From: Callorhinchus milii
Taxonomy: Eukaryota
NCBI RefSeq assembly: GCF_018977255.1
Contig: NW_024704743.1
Coordinates: forward strand, 60,638,001 to 60,702,000
DNA: 64,000 bases
Direction of reading: 5' to 3'
Numbering within the stretch: position 1 is the first letter of the stretch; every line of letters starts with the position of its first letter. A program made the position numbers and the translations under genes. Of the stretch, positions 25,946 through 37,532 are shown piece by piece. Below the pieces are notes generated by a model, which was given only the letters and a program-made list of their open reading frames with translations, searched no databases and was not told where the DNA came from.

Positions 25946-26444
25946 TTCCCTCTCCCCCCACCCACTCCAAAAAAGATAGTCAAGAGTCCTATATGCCATA
26001 CACAAGATCAGCTCGATTTAAATTTGAAGTCCTAGAGATGAAAGGTGCCTGTCACAGATCCTTGTTTTAATGCTTGTTTAGATTGATTTCTGATGTCTCC
26101 TCTGAATTAAGCTCTTCATCATTTTTTATATAACCTAACATGGAAGCATTTTAGCACATTGACATTCTGATTGGATTTAAAATATGGCTACAGTATAAAT
26201 ATCAACTTCAAGAACAAGCTGAAAATTGTAGGTACTGAGATTTTAAGGTTCACTAGCTACCATCATAAAGCATTTTGACACAGATCTCCATCACAATGAC
26301 AGACAATAGCTTTAAGATCTGAAACCACACATCACATGCAAGAAATTCATGTTGTGTGCTGCCTTGTTACTTGTATCTCATTCATCTGTAATCTGCACAA
26401 AGCTTTTGTTTCTATGTTTACTATCTGCTTCCGCGTTTTGACTT

Positions 26445-26473
26445 CATGCATGAACCTCTGAGGTTCATGCATG
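26445..26473. repeat. Perfect 29-bp palindrome (14-bp arms, 1-nt centre)
   Basis: CATGCATGAACCTC-T-GAGGTTCATGCATG. Confidence 0.95.
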
Positions 26474-28624
26474 TTTTACATAGAATTAGATAGAATTTAT
26501 AGCTCCAAAAAGGCCATACGACCCAACCTGTCTATGCCAGTGTTTATATTTCACAAGAGCCTCCACCCAATTCTAATCCCCTCTTTCTAGCCTTCCCCAT
26601 TTCCATTTATTTCCTTTTCTCTCATGTATACATTAAATTTCCTCTTAAATACATTGATGAATCCTTTTTATTGCTATAGCGCTAGACTTCAGAACTAGGA
26701 GAACTAGCAAGTCCGTGATAAGGATTCAGCACTAGAATGTTAATTGACTTATATGTAGCCACCAATATTCAGTGACACGGGTCATATCTGAATAATCGCC
26801 ACTTGGATAAGATACTCAAGGGCATCTGACATCCATAAAACTATATTCAGTCTATACAGTTTAAACTATAATAAGTCTAAACACAACAACTTTGCATTTA
26901 AATAGCACATTTCACATTCAGAGGAGATCCCTATAGTGTAAATGTAAACACCTTCAGGTAAGTGGCAAAAAAATTGAAGGAGTAAACAATATTCTGTAAA
27001 TTCACATGATCTATATGTCAATAGGCAATTGGCCATTTCATGTATCTCACAGATAGTTCTTTATATTGATAAATTGGTTTTATGCAGGTAAACTCAGCCA
27101 GGCAGCTGGAGGAGTCATTGGCCAGTGAGGGCACACAACTGCAAACAGAAACTAGAGTAAAAGAGATCCATGTGGGGTGAGCGCGCAATAGCAGTGAAAT
27201 TGAGGGGAGGGAGAAGGGGTAAGGGTGAAGTGACACAGAAGAGATTACTCCAGGCACACAAAGACCACCTGTCATTTTCTAGATAAAGCATCACTGCTGC
27301 AGAACATGTCTAGAATTCTGAAAATGTTACAATTATTAAAGTTCCCTGTTTTTAAGATACATTGTTCAATATTATTGTCACATTTGATACATCTCTTTTC
27401 AGTTCAGTGGCTATATCATCGGATGATCCTCAAGGCATGTTCCTCACTAATAATACTCATTAAAATTTTGGTCAGTTGGGTTTCTAACACATGCAAAAAT
27501 TCATCACCGGGTTTAAGAGTATCCAAATCCGATCATATATGTGAAATTGCCCTATGTCTGAAATGGAATTCGCACTCTTTTTCTCCGGAGATATACACAC
27601 TATTTACCTAATTCTGGAGAGCATGAGGCGCAGGTTGACAAGAGCCAAAGTTTGGGGACCACTAAGTGTGCATTGAAGTACTGCTGGGTTTAACCAGCTA
27701 AAACAGCAGAGTTTTTACTTATATTCGGTAAAATTACACACATAGAAAAATTACATACATACATATGTACTCATGAGAAAACAATAGATTTCAAAATAGG
27801 TTATGAAGTTCCATATTTGCTCCTTCGATGGTTCATGGTATTGTTACAGAGCAAGAAAAGACCGGATTCCCTGTCTGTGCTGAGTCAGTCAATAATACAG
27901 TAAACTTCTCTTTTCTCCACCCCATCATCACTGGAAAGTATCTCTGTGCTATGGACATGAGGTGAAGATTAGTTTCAGCTTAGTTGCAATGACTCCACAG
28001 TTGAATGGTCTGCTGATACTCCTTGTATTTGTTAGCCATTTCAGTTTAGTCATTTTGCTGAGTTTACTTGTTTTACTTGATGCTGAAATTCAATTTTGTG
28101 GCAGGTCAATGGTGATTTTTAGTAAATTTACAGATTAACCCGAATTCCTAAACTTTGCTGTGTTAATCTAACATCAGGCATTTGCAGGTGGAGGGATACA
28201 TTTATTATTTCATGAATATTTCTCTGAACAAGCTACTTGCAATATTTCAACTAGAGATTAGACTGCTTCGAATGCCAAACACTTGAGAATGATATATGTA
28301 CTCATATATGTAAAAAGACAATGTCTATTTACACCATTCTTCTGTGTAAAATGTTTCTCTTAAACAGGCGACACCACTGAACTCTTTTCCAATTATGATA
28401 CGACTACAAAATACATGAGTGTTTTTAATTGTACATATAGTCAGAAGCACAGATGCATCATGTGAGGACCTGCGCGGTGTTGTCTTTATATGGCAGAGAG
28501 TTAACCTTAGTTATTAAACTGTTAAAAGTTTTAAAGAAAATATGAAAGCACACAAAACCTGTTCTGTAGTTATACTGTGTCACAGAACAACTGTGTGGTT
28601 ATACGCAATGATTCAGTTTTACCA

Positions 28625-28728
28625 CAAACAAAAACAAAAGTCGCTGGGAACACTCAGCAGGTCAAGCAGCATCTATGGTGAAAGGAAAGTGAGTCAATGT
28701 TTCAGGTCCACGACTCTTCATCAGAACT
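28625..28728 (-). mobile_element. Short Penelope-like element copy 3; hammerhead motif at 28692-28728
   Basis: Reverse strand: agtt CTGATGA a gagtc gtg gacct GAAA catt gact cactttcctttcaccatagatgctgcttgacctgctgagtgttcccagcgacttttg. Confidence 0.75.
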
Positions 28729-29439
28729 CTATTCAGTTTATATAGCGGTTCCTCATGATGAATGGATATTGCAAAGGTTGTGGAGAACCTTCACTGAGGG
28801 TTGTTATTAATAGTCTTTCCACATGGAAAGTATATTGAAACAGTTCTCTACTGGTGTGATTGTATTTTGTTTTACATTTCTTGTTTTTAATGTTTAATGA
28901 AAGAAATTGAAATGAGGGGAACAGGAACAGAGTGCAAACTGATCACATGATGTAACTTGGGACTGCTGAAAATAGTCTGTGTAGAAGTGCAGTGGGTCTA
29001 TCTAAAACGCCACATCCAGAGCATGAAAAAGGCATTTAGAATTTTATTGCTGCTTGTGACAAGCCTGCTTTAGCTGAATGGTGTAGCAATCATTGCCTGC
29101 AAGGTTGATTTTAATTATAGGACATTGACCCAGAGCAAACCTATCAATCTGTGCAAAATGGGACACTGAAAAAATAAAGGTCATTCACTGCGGTAAAAAT
29201 ACCAATGTGAACATAAGCCTATTTTGAAATTAGCCTCTTTTAAAAACAGATCTGCAGCAATCCCAGCTACTTTCCTGAGTTTATTTTTATGTCCTCCCCA
29301 AGCCAAGTGGCAAGCCCCAGGTTTCCACATTAACAATTTCTAGGAGCTGAGGGAGTAAACTTGGCTGTTTTAATTGTGAAGTGGTTATGAGATGTCAGCA
29401 CTTTTTTAAACTGGTTGAATTCTGTTAACTTGCCAACTC

Positions 29440-29940
29440 CTTGATGCAACAGTAGCCCCTGAGCAAAAGTCCCCCCTCAGTCTTCCCTAGTGCCTTCTCA
29501 TCCTCTGATCTTCCCTCCTTGTGGTCATCCACCTGCCTGACCTCAAGCTGTTGAACGGCTTCCTCTCCTCCATCTTCAAAACACTTGCTCTCTTGAAATC
29601 CAGAATCATCACACACCCTAGCCACCCCCTCTCCCTCAGTACTACAGCATTAAATACTTTACACTCAAACACAGGTGATACAAAACCATTAGGCGATCAG
29701 AGAGACAAGGAGGTACCAGGAAGTGGATGGATTTATAGGTGAGGTTCTTGAAATCAATCAATTGGGAGACTGGCGAGGACCAGGGAGAATGGCACATGAA
29801 GTTTGGTTTGGGTGAGGATGCTGGTGGTGCAGTTTTGGAAGAATTGAAGCTTGTGAATGGTGGAGCTCGGGAGACCAGCGAGGCGTATATTGGAAAAGTT
29901 CAAGCAAGAAGTGATCCAGGCATTAATTAGTGTTTCAGTG
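29440..29940. mobile_element. Decayed L2 fragments in opposite orientations (~29480-29640 +, ~29700-29935 -)
   Basis: Minus ORF 29754-29984 TETLINAWITSCLNFSNIRLAGLPSSTIHKLQFFQNCT is an L2 ORF2 C-terminal motif. Confidence 0.65.
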
Positions 29941-30179
29941 GCATGTGGCTGTAAATCTACACCCACAATTTCAATACTTAACAAACGGAGTTGGAAAACT
30001 CACAGTATTCTTAATCCCAGAACAAGTTTATTAATCCTTTAAAATGAATGGTGAATGTTTGTTCTAGTAGAGTAGATGGCCATTAAATGTTTAATAGCAC
30101 TGTTTTGAAGAGTGGAGAATTATACCATTGTCCTGGTATATTTCCCTAAACTAGATTCACAAAAAAAATTGTTTAGAAT

Positions 30180-30665
30180 CAGAGAACCGTAAAACTGTAC
30201 AACACAGTCGGAGGCCATTCAGCCCATTTTTGTGTCAGTGTTTGATCCACCAAAAAACAACCTAATCCTAAGCCTCTGCTGTTTCCCTTTACCTTTTATT
30301 ACCCTTCCTCTGCAAGTACATGTTCAACTGTTTTAAATGTTCCAGTCAACGGTGTTCTAACAGCCACTCCTGGTAAATCATTCCATGCTCTGGGAGAAGG
30401 TCTTCTGAACTCTCCTTTATGCCTTGTCACAATCTTGAATTCGGGCCTTCTTATCCTCAAATCCCTTATCAGTAAAAAGGTTTTTTTATGATCATTTCTT
30501 TCAAACTCTTTCACTTTTAAACACTTCGATCATATCACCCTTTAACCTTATCTGTTCCAAAGGGAAGTCTTAATCTTTCTAGCTTCTCTCTATCTACATG
30601 GCTATAACTTTTCATTTCTGTTATTATCTGCTTGAACATATGCTGCACTGTCTCCATAGCTTTAA
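30180..30665 (-). mobile_element. CR1 LINE 3' fragment
   Basis: Minus ORFs SHVDREKLERLRL, RAWNDLPG.AV; CR1-type end ggaggccattcagcccat. Confidence 0.75.
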
Positions 30666-31264
30666 TTTTCGAGATTAATGGAAGATCATTGTGGCATTTG
30701 TCACACTGATGTTTTGGTGACATTGCTGGTGCATATTAGTTGTAAACCCTGGACTGTTCAGCATTTTGGGATGCCCTCCTTATGTGAAAGGCAAAGTAAA
30801 TTTGTTGTTGTGTTGTTGCTTCTTTTGCCCAAATAAAACCAGTCACTTTATTTCTATAACTAAGAACTTGCATTTTTAGAGCGCCTTATCAAACAAAACA
30901 TCTCTTAAGTGTTTCACAAGTAATTACCGGCAAATGTAGAGGCAGCCATTTGCTCCAGGTTGGGTCTCATCATCAGCCATAAAGTGAATGTCAATGAATC
31001 TGGTGACGTGATTCAAATAAGCTTTACAGCTCAACAAACATTGCTAGAACCATCACAACATGTCTTCTGACCTTTTGGTCGAATATAACACTTAGAAAAG
31101 GGGAAAATTGTGATTGCAAAAAGCCTTTATGGAATCAGTCGGATTGCAACAAGACTTGCTGTGTTGGATGCCTTTATCTTTTATGGCAAAGGATTGTTAG
31201 ATCAATAAGATATTTTTAGTGTTCCATTAACAATAAAGTGACATACTCTGCAGAGAGGAATGAA

Positions 31265-31515
31265 CCGTGATCGACGATTAGACAAACTAGGGCTCTTCAG
31301 TCTTGAGAGAAGGTGACTCACAGGGACCTTCTGGAGGCATATAATATTTTAAATGGGATTGAAAACGTAAACCCAGAACAATACTTCAGGATGCAGTGAG
31401 ACAGTAGAACAAGAGGACATATGTTTAGAGTTGAGTTGTAAAGGACAATTTCAGGATAGATACCAGGAAGTTTTGCTTTACCCGGAGGATAATTAATGAC
31501 TGGAACAGATTGTTT
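31265..31515 (+). mobile_element. CR1 LINE ORF2 C-terminal fragment
   Basis: RLDKLGLFSLERR...TRGH...FCFTRRIINDWN-like translation. Confidence 0.75.
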
Positions 31516-32195
31516 GAGATCAGGAGAATGAATTGAAGTCTGTTAAAGTGCTGTACATCGCTATCTAAGTAGTAGTTTCTGTGAAAAAGCACTCAGAGAT
31601 GACTTTTTGCATATCAGCGTGATATACATGAGATTCCTTGCATTCTTTAAGAGCTCCAAGACGCTGCCCTGTGTGAAGGGCACTATATAAATGCAAGTTG
31701 TTGTTGTATCATTTACACTTGCATGGTCATAAAACCAGAGAAATGTACCACATAACAGGAAGCCATTTGACTCATCATAATAATGTTGGTATTTGATCCT
31801 CCAATTATGCCACCCATCCCCATTCCTAAATCTTTCCCCATATCCTCTAATACCCTTCCTCTGCGTGTGCCTAAATAATTATCTTTTAAGTGCCTCAATC
31901 AGTTCTGCTCCAACAGCCAATACTGGTATTTCTTTCCAACACTGAGAATCCCATGAAGTTTTTCTGTAACTCTTCCTCTCATGTTCCTAGTTATAATCAT
32001 AAATTCCTTACCTTTATCCTCGCAAACCCTTTCATTTTCTTAAAAATATGATTCAGTATCAACTCTTTAGATTTTTCAAAGGCTCAATGCTCCTTTTTAT
32101 TCTGTAATGTCTGTGGTTCAATTAACAAACCATTTGCAAAAGTTGTATTATAGGAATTCATGCAAGCATTATCATCATCTTGGACAAAAGGCAGC

Positions 32196-32510
32196 AACAA
32201 CAAAAACAACAAGATTACATTTGTATAGCGCCTTTCATGTCGGGACGACGTCCCAAGGCACTGGACAGAGTACAGCATTTCAGACCCAAGCTGGGATCAG
32301 GCGGGGACAAGGGAGGGGAGGGGAAGGGGAGTGGCCGATGGCATAGTCGAAGAGGAAGGTTTTGAGACAGGACTTGAAGGAGGCTAAGGAGGGGGAGAGG
32401 CGGAGTGATTTGGCGATGGAGTTCCAGAGGTTGGGGGCTGAGTGGCTGAAGGTTCTCCCGTCAATGGTGGGGCGGGTGGATAGGGGGACGTGAAGCAGGC
32501 CAGAGCCCAA
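32196..32510 (-). mobile_element. L2 3' fragment
   Basis: ORF 32280-32567 GRTFSHSAPNLWNSI...LASFKSCLKTFLF; L2 tail. Confidence 0.85.
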
Positions 32511-34244
32511 GGGTAGATAAAAATGGTAGAATCTATTTTTTTCCTGAAAAATTCTGAACATAATCATTGCACCAATCTAAATCATGATGCAGACAGCAGA
32601 GTAATATTTTACTGAGACAAGCCACCTCACAAGTCACACGTGTAATTTGCATGAGCATGTGCTGCTGGTGCCATTTCTCAGCAAATTCTTTCTCTTTTAT
32701 ACAAACATGAGAGCAAGAAAATAATACTTTGTCCATTAATCCCTTTACTATTGTGTTTAAAACCTCTTCACTAACAAAAAATGTTTTTCAACCATGTGAA
32801 ATTTAATTAAGAGCAAAGACTGTAGAGTAAGGATCTTACACATGATTTCAGAATGCACATAGAATTATCAATATTCTCATAAAAGACATTTGAAAGTTAA
32901 TACTATAATCATGCACCCATAGTCCACTTGTCTTGAAGACAATTTACTATGCTAGACTATGCAGATAACCTCTATTGACACCTCTCTTGTGAATATCTTT
33001 CAAATGCAAACACATTTAAATTTTAAATATGTAGGCTCAATTAAACTAAAAAAAATTGCAATGACATTTTTGAACCACCAAGTTCTGTTGTTTCAGCATT
33101 TTATTAATAGTTTAGACACATACCAAGCTCTTTAAGTGAGACTTAAGTAGTCAGCCACATGCAGCCACATGTCAGCCATATGCAGGAAAACTCCATGACT
33201 GTGCTTAAAGTATCCATTCACCCCATCTATACATGGATATTCCAGAGATGCTTATTGGATTATAATCCGCACTCTCTCCCTGGAGGGACGCACCCTAATT
33301 CCCTAATGCCAGAGAGTATTAGGAGCGTTAGATTTAAGTGTTATATGATGAAGTGTTGGCTCAGTTATGTAAGTAACAGATTAAATGGCATATTTGCATA
33401 TTAAAGAATTCACACAGTGAAGTTCACACTTTTGAAGTTGTGAGAAAATAATGAAAAACACATGATTTCGCAATGGAGCTAATTGCTACAAATCTATATT
33501 TTAAAAGAAGCCATATTTTCAAATAACCATTCAACATAAAAGAATGTGTAAGCGTTAGTTTTATAACATGGCTTTAAAGTGAAATTTAATCATAAATTAT
33601 TCAGTCAGCAGTTAATGAATCTTTCTTATAAATCCACTAAGGTATTTTTTTCTAGGATATTTGCCAACTCCTCGCTGGATAACGATTCCTTAAACATTTT
33701 TAAACAAATGTGAGACCTCCGCTCTGGAGATTAAATTGCAAAATAAATTAACAGTGAAGAAACAGTGAAAGTCAGGGTGGATTAATACCCATTCAAATTG
33801 CAAATGGAATCTTTGTACAGAATCTTAAAAGCAAACCGCAGTAGTAATATCAGGAAGCATGAAATGGAAACAGCACATTTCCATCAAAGCTCCGGTTTGA
33901 TGGAGCCCAAGCAAAACATTTCTTATCATGAATTTTTCTCCACTCACGTCTCCTGGGAGACATTCTACAAAGAACCTCTGAATCCAGTCAATCAAACAAA
34001 AGGTTCGTAAGTCTTCCATCACCATTTAAATATATATTTAAAGGATCGTGTCCTGTCCTTTTTAAAAATATATATTCTTGAAATTGTTATGTTTGATTTG
34101 CTTAGAATTTCCAAGTTTTGATGATTTGTAGTATTTTTTGTCTCAAGAAAGGCACTTTCAGTGAAAGTTATTGGTCTCAGGTCCTCCTATAACAATGTGC
34201 AAGGATGCACATGGGATGAAACTAGTCCAGAAGATGTCTGTAAC

Positions 34245-34545
34245 TGGTCTGTTCACGTACTCCGCCTCGCTTGGCCCACCATTGGCGGGTGGGCCTTCTA
34301 CCACTCCGCCGCCACCCTCTGGAACTCCATCCCGCAGTCCCTCTGCCTCGCCCCCTCTTTGCCTCCTTCAAGACCCATCTCAAGACCCTTCTCTTCGACC
34401 GTGCTTTCGATCTCCCTGCTTCCCCCCTGCCCTCCACCCTCCCTGATCCCAACCCCCAGCTCGGGTCCGAATCTCTGACTGTCCAGCACCTTGGGACATC
34501 CACCCGACGTGAAAGGTGCTTTACAAATGTAATTTTGTTGTTGTG
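34245..34545 (+). mobile_element. L2 3' fragment
   Basis: GGWAFYHSAATLWNSIP; tail cccgacgtgaaaggtgctttacaaatgtaattttgttgttg. Confidence 0.85.
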
Positions 34546-34949
34546 CTGCATTGTGCTGGTCTGTGTTTTCTTCAGACAGAATATGTAAAGGTTTCAATGG
34601 CTGCAAGTTCCTTATTTAACTTTTTTGTTAATTTTCCCTTATTTTCATGTTATGATTAATAATTTTATTTCTTTCTGGGTTATTCAAGAGATGAAAATTA
34701 TAAATTTACAGGATAGGAGATCATGCGGCACAAACTAATTTTGATTCTTAATGCCCACCTGAACAGAGAGATGGTTTAACATCTCACCTGAAAGGCAGCA
34801 CCTCAAAACCTTGTAATCAGAGATCGCTTTAACACAAAATTGTGTGCATATTGCTTAAAAAAATCTTCCTGTACGTACAAATTGGCATTCCGTGTGTACC
34901 ATGTAGGCAATTTTTTTTACAGTCCAAGTTCTTTGTTTTCTCACTTATC

Positions 34950-35378
34950 GCCCTGTGGGGAATCAAACCCGGGTCTCGCGCTTGCGAGGTGAGTGCTCTA
35001 ACCACTGAGCTACAGGACTCCATGTGATAGCCTCGTAAGCGAGAGGCCCCAGGTTCGAATCCCGGGTAGGACTTAACCTTAGGCAAGTTTCCTTTCTGCA
35101 TACGCCCGTCAGCCCAGTATGTCAGAACCCGGTTGTTAGATGACTGGCGGATCCCTTTCCCGGTAATAATCCCTCCAAAAAGTTCTGTTCACTCAAATCC
35201 ACGGCTGTTTGTGGGACACTGCTGTGCGCAGTCGGCTGCCGCGTTTCACCCACAAACTGCAGTCAATTCGCTTTACAGTCTATTCTGTGAAGCGCTTTGA
35301 GACGTCTCGACCACGTGATGATGCGCGAGAGTGGAAGGAAACCAAGTGCAAAGATTATTATTATTATTATTATTATTG
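34950..35378. mobile_element. Head-to-head SINEs: minus-strand tRNA-like head (~34950-35021) and plus-strand long-subfamily SINE (~35030-35378)
   Basis: gtgctctaaccactgagctacaggactcc is the reverse-complement head; ggttcgaatccc B box; (TTA)n tail at ~35355-35378. Confidence 0.8.
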
Positions 35379-35454
35379 AGCATCATTTGAGATCGGGAAC
35401 TCTATAAAGTCCCGATGTGGAACCAGAAACCTTCTCAGAAGAAAATATTACCAA

Positions 35455-35762
35455 CTGAGCCCAGCTGTCACGTGATGGTGACATGATGCTCCCCGGGGAC
35501 GTGATGACGTCCTGCACAACAACGTGATAAAGTTCCCCACAACCCCCCCGTGACGCGATGACGTCATCCACAACAAACCCCGTGACGTGATGACGTACAT
35601 CACAACAACACCCGTGATGTGATGACGTTCTCCGATGCGGCTGCTCGCCGTGCCTGAAGCGCATGCGCGGTTGGATTGATGTCGTGGCCGAGAGCGAGAG
35701 CGAGCGGCGGGGGGGCGGGGCTGAGCCGAGGCCCTGACACCACCGCACACACAACCCGCACA
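35455..35762 (+). promoter_or_regulatory. BET1: BET1 CpG-island promoter / 5' UTR
   Basis: CpG-dense region in a CpG-poor window; E-box CACGTG 35469-35474; TGACGT at 35505, 35559 (full TGACGTCA), 35583, 35591, 35623; NRF1-type GCGCATGCGC 35659-35668; GC box GGGGCGGGGC 35712-35721. Confidence 0.8.
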
Positions 35763-35781
35763 ATGAGGCGCGCGGGGCTCG
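35763..35781 (+). CDS. BET1: BET1 coding exon 1 (MRRAGL-G)
   Basis: ATGAGGCGCGCGGGGCTCG|gtaagt; matches the vertebrate BET1 N-terminus MRRAGLG; phase 1. Confidence 0.93.
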
Positions 35782-35900
35782 GTAAGTGCTTCACAAACAC
35801 CCGACACAGAGCAGCGGTAACATGGCCGCAGGTCCGCGTGTCATCACCGGGGGGTCAGTGACTGTCACACGGACTGTAGCCGCGTCAGCAACTCCCGACT

Positions 35901-36610
35901 GTGACTGTCACTAACCATCACCACCAGTGACTGTCACTAACCACCACCACCAGTGACTGTCACTAACCACCACCACCAGTGACTGTCACTAACCACCACC
36001 ACCAGTGACTGTCACTAACCACCACCACCAGTGACTGTCACTAACCATCACCATCAGTGACTGTCACTAACCACCACCATCAGTGACTGTCACTAACCAC
36101 CACCACCAGTGACTGTCACTAACCATCACCACCAGTGACTGTCACTAACCACCACCACCAGTGACTGTCACTAACCATCACCACCAGTGACTGTCACTAA
36201 CCATCACCACCAGTGACTGTCACTAACCATCACCATCAGTGACTGTCACTAACCATCACCACCAGTGACTGTCACTAACCATCACCACCAGTGACTGTCA
36301 CTAACCACCACCACCAGTGACTGTCACTAACCATCACCACCAGTGACTGTCACTAACCACCACCACCAGTGACTGTCACTAACCACCACCACCAGTGACT
36401 GTCACTAACCATCACCATCAGTGACTATGACTAACCATCACCATCAGTGACTGTGACTAACTACGAGGCTCAGTGACTGTAACTAGCTACCATCGTCAGT
36501 GACTGTACCACCATCAGTGACTGTGACTAACTACCAGCTTCAGTGACTGTACCAACATCGGTGACTAACTGTACCAGCATCGGTGACTACCAGTGACTGT
36601 GACTGTACCG
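35901..36610. repeat. 26-bp minisatellite in BET1 intron 1 (20 near-perfect units 35901-36420, then degenerate)
   Basis: Unit gtgactgtcactaacca(c/t)cacca(c/t)ca, period 26. Confidence 0.97.
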
Positions 36611-36782
36611 CATACATATTACATTTGTATAGCACCTTTCACGTCAGGACGACGTTCCAATGTGTTGGACTGTCAGAGTTTCAGACCCGAGTTGGGGGTC
36701 GGGATTGGGAGGGTAGAGACGTCTCTATGTTGACCAACCGAGACAATTAAACAAATTCAATTTGAAGAATGAGTGCCACCGT

Positions 36783-37532
36783 TAATAATAACAATAATCC
36801 TTGTATTTGACACAGCGCCTTATCACATTGTTGAGACGTCTCAGAGCACGGATATACTGTGAAGTGGATTGCCTGTGTATTTCTGAGTGAAATGCGTCAG
36901 CCATGTTTCACAAACAGCCCTGAAGTGAATAACCAATTTGTTTTATTTGAGGGATTCTTGGTCAGGCACTGGAGAGAAACCCCTTTCTAGTAATAATAAT
37001 AATAATCCTTGCATTTGATATAGCGCTTTTCACGTCGGGAGGACTTCCCAAAGCGCTTCACAGAACACACTGTAAAGTGAATTGACTATATTTGTGGGCG
37101 AACGCGGCAGCCAATTGCGCACAGCAATGTCCCACAAACAGTCGTAGATTGAAAATGACCAATTTATTACTGTTTTGGGTTTTGGAGGGATTATTATTAG
37201 GCTCTGTGTGGAGTAAGGAAACTTGCCCAAGGTTTCGCCCTCTGCCTGGAATTGAACTCAGGTCTCTCACTTGCAAAGCGAGTGCTCTAACCAATGAGCT
37301 ACAGGACTCCATAGGAGTCATAGGATCTTTAACGTGCACCTGAATAGGCAGACGGGACCTCGTTTTAATACCTCATTCAAAGGATGGCACCTCCAACAAT
37401 GCAACCCCACCACCCCCCGGCACTGCATTGGAGTGTCATCTTCGTTTATGTGATTCCAAGTCTTGATGTGGAGTTTGAATCCACAACCTTCTGACTCAGA
37501 GGCGAACTTGTTACCACTGAGCCAGGCTGACA
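36783..37532 (-). mobile_element. Old Deu-SINE split by a young full-length tRNA-Ala-headed SINE (36992-37312)
   Basis: Old halves at 36783-36990 and 37313-37532 are collinear with 3470-3900; the young insert is nearly identical to 54735-55053. Confidence 0.85.

Noticed and set aside
35383..35861. Overlapping GC-rich ORFs around the BET1 promoter
   Set aside because: By-product of CpG-island composition; no recognisable protein similarity
35901..36420. CRISPR-like array (palindromic repeat units)
   Set aside because: No unique spacers and no cas genes; it is a head-to-tail minisatellite in a eukaryotic intron
37030..37343. Recurrent similar ORFs (also 40571-41082 and 54735-55075) suggesting a gene family
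   Set aside because: Translations of near-identical SINE copies
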